DNA of 64,000 bases from Bacteroidota bacterium (lineage in GTDB: Bacteria; Bacteroidota; Bacteroidia; AKYH767-A; 2013-40CM-41-45): NCBI GenBank assembly GCA_031417555.1, contig JANOVV010000065.1:6566-70565 (forward strand), written 5' to 3'. Made by a program: the position numbers and the translations under genes. Below are positions 37,754 through 47,675 of the stretch, piece after piece. Position 1 is the first letter of the stretch. Every line of letters starts with the position of its first letter. Below the pieces are notes generated by a model that saw only the letters and a list, made by a program, of their open reading frames with translations, was not told where the DNA came from and searched no databases.

Positions 37754-38767
37754 ATGATTAATAGAAAACTAGAATTAATAAACGAACAGACATCTCCCTT
37801 GTTCAGGATAATGTGGGTTTATAATTCCAATGACGTTATAAGAAAACAGTTTGCAAACAATATTTGCGCTTTTCATATAGGAAATGGATATATCCTTTCT
37901 GTTGCGCATAATTTAAAAACTGAAAGTGGAATTGTAAATTCAATGGACGAATCAATTTTTCAATCAGAAATTATTTCAAAATTAAATCCAGCACAAAATC
38001 AATTATTGAACCAATATTATCAACTCGATTTGAATACGAATAAACGTTATTCGAATATCGCCGATCCAAATATATCTAAATCTATTATTGATGTTTTCAA
38101 ACAAATTAATTTTGATAACCGCTGGGTAACCCTAGGACAAAAAAATATTTGTATTCCACATTTAATTGTTCAATTTAAAGAAAATTTATTTTATAACGAT
38201 GTTGATTTAACAAGAAATTTTACCAGTTCCAATTCGTTTCCTGAGCCGTCTTTAAAACGCCATACTTTTATTATTGAATTAGAATTACAAAAAGCTTTTT
38301 ACAGCGATGATATTGCTTTGTATAAAATAGTAAATACTCCAAATGAAATAATTAATAAATTGCCAAAGTTGAGTGTAGATTTTTCAATCCTGGATAATTC
38401 AATCACCAATTTTTATTGCTTACAAAGTTCTCCCGGTAGTTTCCTCGGCAGGTTATTAAATAATGCTTCTATTGAAGGGTATTCGGATAATTGGTCGGCT
38501 TTTACTGATAAAATTGGTGGGAATTATATAATGGACGGTTTGCGTTATCTGATTAGAGGATATTTTCGCTTTGGGTCTTCGGGAGCTCCTTATGTTTATT
38601 ATAGTGAAGCGGGGGGACAATTTAAAGTCAATGCAATACAAAGTGAAGCAAGTCCAATTCAACTTTCAATAAATAATAACAGAGAAGGAAATTATCAATA
38701 TGTAAATGCCATTGCTTCGCCTTTAAAAAACATACAGGGTGAACTGGAGATTAATTTAACCGTATAG
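37754..38767 (+). CDS. Cytoplasmic trypsin-like (S1/chymotrypsin-fold) serine peptidase with an unusually long His-Asp spacing
   Basis: 337 aa, no signal peptide. Candidate triad His in GYILSVAHN, Asp in DDIALYKIV, Ser in FGSSGAPYVY (GDSGGP-like). Confidence 0.55.
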   Translation: MINRKLELINEQTSPLFRIMWVYNSNDVIRKQFANNICAFHIGNGYILSVAHNLKTESGIVNSMDESIFQSEIISKLNPAQNQLLNQYYQLDLNTNKRYSNIADPNISKSIIDVFKQINFDNRWVTLGQKNICIPHLIVQFKENLFYNDVDLTRNFTSSNSFPEPSLKRHTFIIELELQKAFYSDDIALYKIVNTPNEIINKLPKLSVDFSILDNSITNFYCLQSSPGSFLGRLLNNASIEGYSDNWSAFTDKIGGNYIMDGLRYLIRGYFRFGSSGAPYVYYSEAGGQFKVNAIQSEASPIQLSINNNREGNYQYVNAIASPLKNIQGELEINLTV

Positions 38768-38853
38768 TATTTGCTGATTAATTTGAAAAATTATTTTGCT
38801 TAAAAATTTGTGATTTCTAATTCGTTCATATTCGATAACCTTTCAAACTAAAA

Positions 38854-39429
38854 ATGTATTTATTTTTTGACACCGAAACAACAGGTTTACCAAAGAATTG
38901 GAAAGCACCAATTACTGATTTTAATAATTGGCCAAGGTTGGTACAGCTGGCCTTTTTAACTTTTGATAAAGATGGTAACAAAATAAATAGCGGAAATTAT
39001 ATAATCAAGCCCGAAGGTTTTATTATACCAAAAGAATCATCAGCAATTCATAGAATTACAAATGAAAAAGCTTTAAATGATGGTGTATCTTTATCTTTAG
39101 TTTTAGATAATTTTAAAAAATCAATTTTACAGTCAGATTATATAGTGGCGCACAATATTAGTTTTGATGAAAAAATAATTGGTGCTGAGTTTTTAAGGAT
39201 AAAAATGGAAAATTTTCTTTCCGGAAAAAAGAAAATTTGTACCATGGAACAATCAACTAACTATTGTAAACTTGATGGCCCATATGGCTTCAAATGGCCA
39301 AAACTTTCCGAATTGTACTCAAAACTATTCAATTCCTCTTTTGAAGAATCACATAATGCCGAAGTTGATATAAATGCTACTGCAAAATGTTTTTGGGAGT
39401 TGAAAAAATTAGGTGTTATAAAATACTAG
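38854..39429 (+). CDS. DnaQ-family (DEDDh) 3'-5' exonuclease, Pol III epsilon-like, standalone
   Basis: 191 aa. Exo I FFDTETTG, Exo II VAHNISFDEKII, Exo III SHNAEVDINATAKCF. Confidence 0.8.
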   Translation: MYLFFDTETTGLPKNWKAPITDFNNWPRLVQLAFLTFDKDGNKINSGNYIIKPEGFIIPKESSAIHRITNEKALNDGVSLSLVLDNFKKSILQSDYIVAHNISFDEKIIGAEFLRIKMENFLSGKKKICTMEQSTNYCKLDGPYGFKWPKLSELYSKLFNSSFEESHNAEVDINATAKCFWELKKLGVIKY

Positions 39430-39595
39430 TCTTGTGTTTTTTAAAAACGGTTTAATCAAAACTGGCTTCATGTGCCTCGTTGACAAATCTTAAAATCTTA
39501 TTGACTCAAATATTTCTATCTTCACAATTAATTGTTAAAGAATATATTTTTCAAAAGAATATTTTCTGAATCGGGACTGTTATCTTTACTTAAAC

Positions 39596-41362
39596 ATGTC
39601 TACTCCCCTGCTTGAAATTAAAAACCTAAAAGTATCATTCGATACAATAGAAGGAATTGTTCATGCCGTTAATGATTTGAGTTTTACGATCAATAAAGGT
39701 GAAACTATTGGTATTGTAGGTGAATCTGGTTCAGGGAAATCTGTGACAGCGCTTTCTATAATGAGATTGCTTCCGACAGAAGGAAAAATTTCGGGAAATG
39801 TAATTTATCAAACACCTAATAACGATTCAATAAATTTAACTGACTTGCCGCTATCGGAAATGCAGAAGTTTCGCGGCAATGATATTGCAATGATTTTTCA
39901 GGAACCCATGACATCTTTAAATCCTGTTTTTTCTTGTGGTAAACAAGTTGCTGAGGCTATTATCCTTCATAAAAAAATTACATCCACTGAAGCTCGTGAA
40001 AGAACTATTGCTCTTTTTGAAAAAGTAAAACTACCCCGTTCTGTCCAAATGTTTGATTCATTTCCTCATCAACTATCCGGTGGACAAAAACAGCGTGTCA
40101 TGATTGCTATGGCAATGAGTTGCAATCCTTCTGTTCTTATTGCTGATGAACCTACAACTGCTCTTGATGTTACCGTTCAAGCGACTATTCTGGAACTTAT
40201 GCGAATGTTACAGGAAGAAAACAATACCGGCCTATTATTTATTACTCATGACCTGGGGGTTGTTGCCGAAATAGCTGACCGTGTCATTGTTATGTATAAA
40301 GGAAAAATTGTAGAAGAAGGAAATGTTCGCGATGTGTTTTATCGACCTCAACATCCTTATACGAAAGGCCTGCTTGCTTGTCGTCCGCCATTGAATAAGA
40401 GATTGCGTATTCTACCCACTGTTCGCGATTTCATGAAAGAAAATGAAGATGGTACGATTACGGAAATAAATAGTTCTGTTATTAATCCTGAAAATGAAAT
40501 CAGCAAAGAAGTAACGAAATTATTGCATGAAAAATTATTTTCACAAACTCCAATCCTTCAGGTTAAAAATATTAGTGTAAAATTTCCTATTCGTAAGGGA
40601 GTATTTGGCAAAGTAACTGATTATGTAAACGCTGTTGATGATATTAGTTTTGATGTTTATCCCGGAGAAACTCTTGGCCTTGTTGGCGAATCAGGGTGTG
40701 GAAAAACAACGCTTGGCCGTGCAATCATTCGGCTTATTGAACCCACTTCAGGAAAAGTATATTTTAAAGGGTTCGACTTTTCTTCACTTTATGGACGGGA
40801 ATTAAGAAGAATGCGAAAACATATTCAAATTATTTTTCAGGATCCTTATTCTTCTCTCAACCCCAGAATGACTATTGGAAATGCCATTCTCGAGCCCATG
40901 AAAGTTCATAACTTATTTCCGGGAAACCGTAAGCAAAAAGTTTTTGAATTGCTCGAACGCGTAGATCTGAAAGAAGAACACTTCAACCGTTATCCACATG
41001 AATTCAGTGGTGGACAACGCCAGCGAATTTGTATTGCACGTGCACTTTCTCTTCAACCCGACTTCATTATTTGTGATGAGTCAGTTTCTGCTTTAGATGT
41101 TTCCATACAGGCTCAAATCCTCAATCTTCTGAATGAATTAAAACGTGAATTAAATTTTACCTGCATTTTTATTTCTCATGATCTTTCTGTTGTTAAATTC
41201 ATGAGTGACCGAATGATTGTAATGAATAAAGGCAAGATTGAAGAAATGGGAGATCCGGAAGAAATTTATAATTCGCCGGCATCTCCATATACTCAAAAAC
41301 TCATCGCTGCGATTCCTGCAAATAATCCCGAACAAGTTTTCCTGAGAAAGCAACAACACTGA
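39596..41362 (+). CDS. ABC transporter ATP-binding protein with two tandem nucleotide-binding domains (DppD/DppF-YejF-like peptide/opine family)
   Basis: 588 aa. Two Walker A boxes ([17 protein letters not shown]), two ABC signatures ([16 protein letters not shown]) and two oligopeptide-type C-terminal extensions ([20 protein letters not shown]). No permease gene adjacent. Confidence 0.85.
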   Translation: MSTPLLEIKNLKVSFDTIEGIVHAVNDLSFTINKGETIGIVGESGSGKSVTALSIMRLLPTEGKISGNVIYQTPNNDSINLTDLPLSEMQKFRGNDIAMIFQEPMTSLNPVFSCGKQVAEAIILHKKITSTEARERTIALFEKVKLPRSVQMFDSFPHQLSGGQKQRVMIAMAMSCNPSVLIADEPTTALDVTVQATILELMRMLQEENNTGLLFITHDLGVVAEIADRVIVMYKGKIVEEGNVRDVFYRPQHPYTKGLLACRPPLNKRLRILPTVRDFMKENEDGTITEINSSVINPENEISKEVTKLLHEKLFSQTPILQVKNISVKFPIRKGVFGKVTDYVNAVDDISFDVYPGETLGLVGESGCGKTTLGRAIIRLIEPTSGKVYFKGFDFSSLYGRELRRMRKHIQIIFQDPYSSLNPRMTIGNAILEPMKVHNLFPGNRKQKVFELLERVDLKEEHFNRYPHEFSGGQRQRICIARALSLQPDFIICDESVSALDVSIQAQILNLLNELKRELNFTCIFISHDLSVVKFMSDRMIVMNKGKIEEMGDPEEIYNSPASPYTQKLIAAIPANNPEQVFLRKQQH

Positions 41363-41446
41363 TATTATCTTAACTGTAAATGGACTTATATGCTTAACGT
41401 CGATCGTTTTTTCTAACTTGCACCTTTAATTTATGCTGAAAGATTT

Positions 41447-42178
41447 ATGTCCTTACACTCCTGGGCTTTAGTAATTCCAATGGCAAATGAAGAGGCTGAT
41501 TTTACACCATTTGTAAATACTCTTCAAAAAGCACTAAATGAACTTCCAAATGGTAAAGTTTATCTTGTTGTTGATAATGTATCAAAAGACAATACTTTAA
41601 TGCTTTGTAAGGAATTAAGCAAAAGTGATTCACGTTTTAATTGCATTTGGGCGCCCGAAAATAAAAATGTAGTTGATGCATACATTCGCGGATATAAAGA
41701 AGCCCTGCTCTCTGATTCAGAATTTATCATCGAAATGGATGCGGGTCTTTCTCATGATCCGGCTTCACTAAAAGATTTTATTAAACTATTATCCGAAAAA
41801 TATCTTTGTGTTTATGGAAGCAGATTTATTGCCGGCGGCTCAATGGGTGATTCCCCTGCTAACCGTCGTTCTTTATCTAAAACAGGTACTGTTCTTGCGA
41901 ATATTTTACTTGGCACAAAACTTCATGACATGACATCCGGTTATCAGGGATTTCATAGAAGCATAGTAACATTATTTACAAATTATCCGCTTCGTTCAAA
42001 AGCACACTTTTATCAGACAGAGATTCGTTATTTATTACGAAACTATAAAAGTATTGAAATCCCAATTTCATATAAGGCTCCTTCACCGAGTGTTTCGAAA
42101 AAGGCAATAATTAATTCTATTGAAGCTCTCTTGTACTACTTTTGGCGCCGCATAACACTAAGACCCGTTTCTCTCTAA
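41447..42178 (+). CDS. GT2 glycosyltransferase, polyprenyl-phosphate sugar synthase type (Dpm1/ArnC-like)
   Basis: 243 aa, VVDNVSKDNT and DAG (DxD-like) segments, GSRF motif. Soluble GT-A fold with a short C-terminus. Confidence 0.75.
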   Translation: MSLHSWALVIPMANEEADFTPFVNTLQKALNELPNGKVYLVVDNVSKDNTLMLCKELSKSDSRFNCIWAPENKNVVDAYIRGYKEALLSDSEFIIEMDAGLSHDPASLKDFIKLLSEKYLCVYGSRFIAGGSMGDSPANRRSLSKTGTVLANILLGTKLHDMTSGYQGFHRSIVTLFTNYPLRSKAHFYQTEIRYLLRNYKSIEIPISYKAPSPSVSKKAIINSIEALLYYFWRRITLRPVSL

Positions 42179-43176
42179 TGGCTAATTCAAATACTTCAAT
42201 TATTATTACTTCTGTTTCTGCACCAAATGCAGTTATGAAATCCATTGCGGCAGAATCAAAAAAGCAAAATATTGATTTTATCGTCATTGGAGACGTTAAA
42301 ACACCGGTTGATTTTAACATTGACGGTTGCCGTTACTTTTCGATAAAAGATCAGGAGAACTTAAATTTTCGTCTGGCAAAGTCTCTTCCCAAAAAACATT
42401 ATTCCAGGAAAAATATAGGATATCTATTAGCAAAAAATCAAGAGGTAATCATAGAAACTGATGATGATAATTTTCCTCGTACTGAATTTTGGAATCAAAG
42501 AGAAAGAAATGTATTGTCAAATAAAATACGTGGTGAAGGTTGGATAAATGTATATAAATATTTTTCAAAAAATAACGTTTGGCCGCGTGGATTTCCACTG
42601 GAATATCTTGCTTCACCTCATGAACCTATTGAAGAAAATATTCAAAATGTCCTATGTCCTATTCAACAAGGATTGGCGGATGAAAACCCGGATGTAGATG
42701 CTGTTTACAGAATGACACAAAAACTACCGTTAAATTTTGAAAAACGAAAACCTGTTGTAACTGGTGAAAAATCCTGGTGTCCTTTCAATAGCCAAAATAC
42801 AACCTGGTTTAAAGAAGCATTTCCTTTGTTGTATCTTCCTTCTTATTGTAGTTTTAGAATGACTGATATCTGGAGAAGTTTTATTGCACAGCGCATTGCC
42901 TGGACATGTGGCTGGCCCATACTTTTTCACAACTCCACTGTTTGGCAAGAGAGAAATGAGCACAGCCTGCTTAAAGATTTCGAAGATGAAGTTCCGGGAT
43001 ATCTTAATAATTCGAAGATATGTGTTTTGTTGGAAAAACTTGATTTAAAAAATGGAGTTGAAAATATTGAAGAGAATCTTTTACGTTGCTATAAGATGAT
43101 GACGGAAAACAATTTTATAGGGCTTGATGAAATGTTGCTAGTTGAAAATTGGATTCATGATCTGAAATTAATTTAA
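42178..43176 (+). CDS. Putative glycosyltransferase-like protein (STELLO/DUF288-like)
   Basis: ORF track starts at TTG 42142. ATG 42178 overlaps the upstream stop (TAATG), suggesting translational coupling. Contains ETDDDNFP. The family call is tentative. Confidence 0.35.
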   Translation: MANSNTSIIITSVSAPNAVMKSIAAESKKQNIDFIVIGDVKTPVDFNIDGCRYFSIKDQENLNFRLAKSLPKKHYSRKNIGYLLAKNQEVIIETDDDNFPRTEFWNQRERNVLSNKIRGEGWINVYKYFSKNNVWPRGFPLEYLASPHEPIEENIQNVLCPIQQGLADENPDVDAVYRMTQKLPLNFEKRKPVVTGEKSWCPFNSQNTTWFKEAFPLLYLPSYCSFRMTDIWRSFIAQRIAWTCGWPILFHNSTVWQERNEHSLLKDFEDEVPGYLNNSKICVLLEKLDLKNGVENIEENLLRCYKMMTENNFIGLDEMLLVENWIHDLKLI

Positions 43177-43336
43177 CCATTTGAAGAAAAATACAAATTG
43201 ATTGCTTTATTATATACTTTTAAAAATTAATGATTCTTAGCAGATTTATAATCCAAAATTATTTTCTCTTTTTAAAATAAAACAGAAATTATTTTAAATA
43301 AAAATATTTTAAACCTTATATTAAAAGATACATGCT

Positions 43337-44059
43337 TTATCTATCCCAAATATTATATTTCAAAATACACCAGATCGCCCATAAACCATCTCTCCATCCA
43401 ATTTTTTTCCCTTCTTCGTAAGTACGTCCATAGTAAGAAATTCCAACTTCATATATTCTGGCATTTTTTACTCTGGAAACTTTTGCAGTTATCTCAGGTT
43501 CAAAGCCGAATCGCTTTTCCTTTAATTTAATTTCCTGGATTATATCAGTACGAAATAATTTGTAACATGTCTCCATGTCCGTAAGATTCAAATTCGTAAA
43601 AATATTTGAAATGGTAGTTAAAAATTTATTGCCAATCGAATGCCAAAAAAATAAAATTCGATGAGGGTTTCCACCCATAAACCGGGACCCAAAAACAATA
43701 TCAGCAAAACCATCGACTACCGGCTGAAGCAGCAAATTAAATTCATTTGGATTGTACTCAAGGTCCGCATCCTGAATAACTAAATACTCTCCGGTTGCTT
43801 TTGAAATTCCCGTATGAATTGCGGCGCCTTTACCTTTATTAATTTCATGATTAAATAATTTAAAATCCAATTCTTTGAATTGAATAAAATAGTTTTCAAT
43901 CGCTTCACGGGTTTTATCGTCTGAACAATCATTAACAACAATAAATTCTTTCTTAATATTATTTAATAATACTACTTGCCTGATTTTATCAAGTATTAAA
44001 TGTATTGTTCTTTCTTCATTATAACAGGGAATAACTATCGACAGCTTGTTAATCATCAT
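43337..44059 (-). CDS. GT2 glycosyltransferase, polyprenyl-phosphate sugar synthase type (Dpm1/ArnC-like)
   Basis: 240 aa, LSIVIPCYNEE, VNDCSDDKT and DADLEYNP motifs. Confidence 0.8.
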   Translation of the reverse strand: MMINKLSIVIPCYNEERTIHLILDKIRQVVLLNNIKKEFIVVNDCSDDKTREAIENYFIQFKELDFKLFNHEINKGKGAAIHTGISKATGEYLVIQDADLEYNPNEFNLLLQPVVDGFADIVFGSRFMGGNPHRILFFWHSIGNKFLTTISNIFTNLNLTDMETCYKLFRTDIIQEIKLKEKRFGFEPEITAKVSRVKNARIYEVGISYYGRTYEEGKKIGWRDGLWAIWCILKYNIWDR

Positions 44060-44115
44060 GGTAATAAATCAAGATTATACTAATAGTTAATAAGAATATT
44101 CATATAAAATAATAA

Positions 44116-45984
44116 TTACTTCTTTTCGTAAACTTCGATTTTTATGTTATCAATATATAATTCGTTTTTCCCTCTGTACCAAATATAAATTTCAAAATAA
44201 TCTTTTTCAGAATAGGGAAATGGAGTCATGTAATCAATTTTAAGTGAATTCCAGGTTCCTTTTTCAAATTTATATTTATCTAAATCAAATGCTCTGTATT
44301 TCAGATTATATTTATTGTGGGGAAAATTAATAACTAACGAAGCCGGATTTTCTTTAATATCTATCTCCGAATAATAATCAAATGTCACTCTTAACCAAAC
44401 ATGATCCAATTGTTCTTTGACAAGATGATCATAACGAATTTTATACGTTGGGTAGTATGGATTTTTTTCCGATAACAGAGCACTTTTAGGAGGTGAACCA
44501 AAATATTTAGTACTTAATTTTGTTGAATCAATAGTGGTTGAGTTCTTATCTTCAAAATTATAATACGCTAACAAGTAATGATTGTATTCATTTTCATTAT
44601 CAAAACTCTCTGTATAATCTATGCTTCTTATTACTTCTGTTAACTTTCTGTCTTCTTCCGTAACATTTGTTTTTAAAAATGATTTTTTGTAATACTTGAA
44701 TGTCATTCTATCTTCAGGTAATATCCAATTAACAAATTGCCATGTTTGAAAAAGATTTAAGAAAATTAAAAAAGCAATAATTGAAAAAATAAAATACTTT
44801 TTAATATTCATTTTTAAAATTCTCTCAACAGATATACATAATGGGATAGACAAGATCGAATAGGATTGAACAAAATACCTCATTCCAAAACTGCCGCCAT
44901 TCCACCAGGCTGCCCAACTACTTAATAAATAAAAATTAATGAGGGTAAATAATATAATGAAATTCTTTTGAGCCGGAAGTCGTTTGGGAAGTAGAAAAAG
45001 TCCGACTAAGGGGAAAATTAATAATGGTGTATAAATAAACAAGCTTTTCTTAAAGCTGAATAAAACATTTAATATGTGCGGTGAAAGGAAATCAAAACCT
45101 TCCGTGTTTTTATATGAATAATAAAAGTAATTTCCTGTTGTAATTTTCCAATAAATAAATTGAGGAATAAAAGGAATGACTGCTGCTAATAAAAGAATCA
45201 ATACATGCCTGTATTGATTTTTTAGTAATTGAATTTTTGAAATCAAGGATTCTTTATCATAAATTCCCCAAAGGACAGGAATTAAAAAACAAAGAATGTC
45301 TGACGGGCGGGTTAATGTAATCCAGCCTGCAGTTATTCCAATTATGAAAGCAGATAAATAGCTGTTGTTATCATGCCATTTTTTAGAAAAGTATAACAGT
45401 ATAACAAACAAGGTGAACAATAAAGCATGGGGTTGTAGATAATTATTAATTGCTTCACTGAAATAATTGGTTCCTAAAAATAAAATTATCAAAGAAATGG
45501 AAACAACGCGATCATTAAACCACTGAATTAACAATCTTCTCAATAAAAATATGCCGGGTAAAATTATCAGAAATACTCCTATTGAAATTGCAATTTGATA
45601 TGGAGGAGAAAAGCCATCTTTCAAATAATCAGAATTTAGCGCCCACAAATGTCCAATTAGAAAAAATGGAAAATAAAAATACGACATTCCGATTGTGTAA
45701 TTTGGGACACGAGTGTTGTTTTCGGTATTGTGAATTTGAAAAAGCGTCGGTGAAAATTTATATTTAGTGTGCAAAGAGTCTATTGCCTTCGTTTTCATAC
45801 CCGGATCATGAAAAATAAAAGACATTGGTAAATATAAATAGTATGACGTTACATCGAAGGTGAGTTCTTTGAAAGAATCATTAAATTTATATTTAGGGAG
45901 ATTAAAGTGACTTACTACGATAATAATAGAAATAATACATACAATTAAAAGTGAGGTCTTATTCTCCAGCTTTTTTTTATACAT
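44116..45984 (-). CDS. Large polytopic membrane protein, probable GT-C-fold glycosyltransferase (ArnT/PMT-like)
   Basis: 622 aa, roughly 11-13 TM helices followed by a ~200-aa soluble C-terminal domain. Sits in the same cluster as two Dpm1/ArnC-like GT2s. Confidence 0.45.
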   Translation of the reverse strand: MYKKKLENKTSLLIVCIISIIIVVSHFNLPKYKFNDSFKELTFDVTSYYLYLPMSFIFHDPGMKTKAIDSLHTKYKFSPTLFQIHNTENNTRVPNYTIGMSYFYFPFFLIGHLWALNSDYLKDGFSPPYQIAISIGVFLIILPGIFLLRRLLIQWFNDRVVSISLIILFLGTNYFSEAINNYLQPHALLFTLFVILLYFSKKWHDNNSYLSAFIIGITAGWITLTRPSDILCFLIPVLWGIYDKESLISKIQLLKNQYRHVLILLLAAVIPFIPQFIYWKITTGNYFYYSYKNTEGFDFLSPHILNVLFSFKKSLFIYTPLLIFPLVGLFLLPKRLPAQKNFIILFTLINFYLLSSWAAWWNGGSFGMRYFVQSYSILSIPLCISVERILKMNIKKYFIFSIIAFLIFLNLFQTWQFVNWILPEDRMTFKYYKKSFLKTNVTEEDRKLTEVIRSIDYTESFDNENEYNHYLLAYYNFEDKNSTTIDSTKLSTKYFGSPPKSALLSEKNPYYPTYKIRYDHLVKEQLDHVWLRVTFDYYSEIDIKENPASLVINFPHNKYNLKYRAFDLDKYKFEKGTWNSLKIDYMTPFPYSEKDYFEIYIWYRGKNELYIDNIKIEVYEKK

Positions 45985-46045
45985 AATTTATATATTATTT
46001 TTTTGAACTGTGTAAAAATGAAGTTCTCTTTGATAATAAAAAAAA

Positions 46046-46702
46046 TTACACTTTCATTTCAGGAATATCTCCTTCTACTATTAATTTTCCGGCTGTTGCA
46101 TTTTTAATCTGTTCAACACTTATGCCCGGGGCTCTTTCGAGCAATTTAAATCCACCTTGTGGAAGTACATCTAATACTCCCAATTCAGTCACAATCCGTT
46201 TGACGCACCGTTTACCTGTTAATGGTAATGAACATGATGGAAGTAATTTGGATTCTCCGGCTTTATTTACGTGTTGCATTGCAACAATTATATGTTTTGC
46301 TGATGCAACAAGATCCATAGCACCACCCATTCCTTTAACCATTTTTCCCGGAATTTTCCAATTTGCAATATCGCCGTTTTCACTTACTTCCATTGCACCT
46401 AAAATTGTGAGGTCAACTTTTCCGGCTCTTATCATTCCAAAACTCATCGCTGAATCAAAAAAAGCAGATCCCTGTACCGTTGTAATTGTTTGTTTGCCCG
46501 CATTTATTAAATCCGGATCTTCTTCGCCTTCGAATGGAAATGGTCCCATACCCAATAAACCATTCTCGGATTGCAGCACAACATTAATTCCCGAGGGAAT
46601 ATAGTTCGCTACTAATGTAGGAATACCAATACCAAGATTTACATAGTAGCCGTCCTTAACCTCCTGAGCAATTCGTTTGGCGATTCCGATTTTGTCTAAC
46701 AT
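46046..46702 (-). CDS. scoB: 3-oxoacid CoA-transferase subunit B
   Basis: 218 aa. Conserved SENG region (MEVSENGDIANW) and adjacency to subunit A. Confidence 0.9.
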   Translation of the reverse strand: MLDKIGIAKRIAQEVKDGYYVNLGIGIPTLVANYIPSGINVVLQSENGLLGMGPFPFEGEEDPDLINAGKQTITTVQGSAFFDSAMSFGMIRAGKVDLTILGAMEVSENGDIANWKIPGKMVKGMGGAMDLVASAKHIIVAMQHVNKAGESKLLPSCSLPLTGKRCVKRIVTELGVLDVLPQGGFKLLERAPGISVEQIKNATAGKLIVEGDIPEMKV

Positions 46703-46793
46703 TTTTTGTGATTTAAAAATTTGGGGAATTAGAATTTGTAAGTGCAGGTTTATCTTTGGGGAATTGGGAATATATTTTTCTGAGATTTTCTGA

Positions 46794-47492
46794 TTAATTT
46801 TTCTGCCTCACTGTCCTCTGCTCAATCCTCTTCTCATAATTCTTACCCTGAAAAATTCGATGAATATAAATTCCGGGTGTATGAATATTGTTAGGATCTA
46901 ATTCACCGGCAGGGACGAGTTCTTCAACTTCTGCAACAGTTATTTTACCGGCCATAGCCATTAGCGGATTAAAGTTTCTAGCTGTTTCGTGAAAAATTAA
47001 ATTACCATGAGTGTCTCCTTTCCAGGCTTTCACCAATGCAAAATCTGCTTCGAATGCATATTCAAGAAGATAGTCTTTCCCATTAAACTTTCTTACTTCT
47101 TTTCCGATTGCAACTTCTGTATCAACACCTGCAGGAGTAAATATGGCAGGCATTCCATAACCTGCTGCCAGGCATCTGGTAGCTAATGTTCCTTGCGGTA
47201 TTAATTCTACTTCCAATTCACCGCTCAACAATTGTCGTTCAAATTCTGCATTCTCTCCAACGTAAGACGAAATCATTTTTTTTATTAGTCTTGCTTTTAA
47301 TAAAAAGCCAAGACCAAAATCATCAACTCCTGCATTATTAGAAATGCATGTCAGTCCTTTGGCTCCTTTTTTAACCAATGCAGTAATACAATTTTCTGGA
47401 ATTCCGCAAAGACCAAAGCCTCCAACCATAAGTGTCATATTATCCTTAAGGCCATTCAGCGCTTCGTCTGCATTTAAGACAACTTTGTTCAT
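46794..47492 (-). CDS. scoA: 3-oxoacid CoA-transferase subunit A
   Basis: 232 aa, N-terminal [28 protein letters not shown] typical of the family. Confidence 0.9.
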   Translation of the reverse strand: MNKVVLNADEALNGLKDNMTLMVGGFGLCGIPENCITALVKKGAKGLTCISNNAGVDDFGLGFLLKARLIKKMISSYVGENAEFERQLLSGELEVELIPQGTLATRCLAAGYGMPAIFTPAGVDTEVAIGKEVRKFNGKDYLLEYAFEADFALVKAWKGDTHGNLIFHETARNFNPLMAMAGKITVAEVEELVPAGELDPNNIHTPGIYIHRIFQGKNYEKRIEQRTVRQKN

Positions 47493-47675
47493 TTCACAAT
47501 ATTAAAATCATTTTTGAAAGCCAATATGCTTTTTGATTTCTGGCATCAAATGTATAACATGACAGGCTTGAATAAAAATATTAATTGCACTTAAACAACG
47601 AAAAAATCAATTAAAACGAAGAAGAGATAAGAAAAGTTAAAAAGTTTTTATTTTTCTGATAAAAATATTCTGTAA

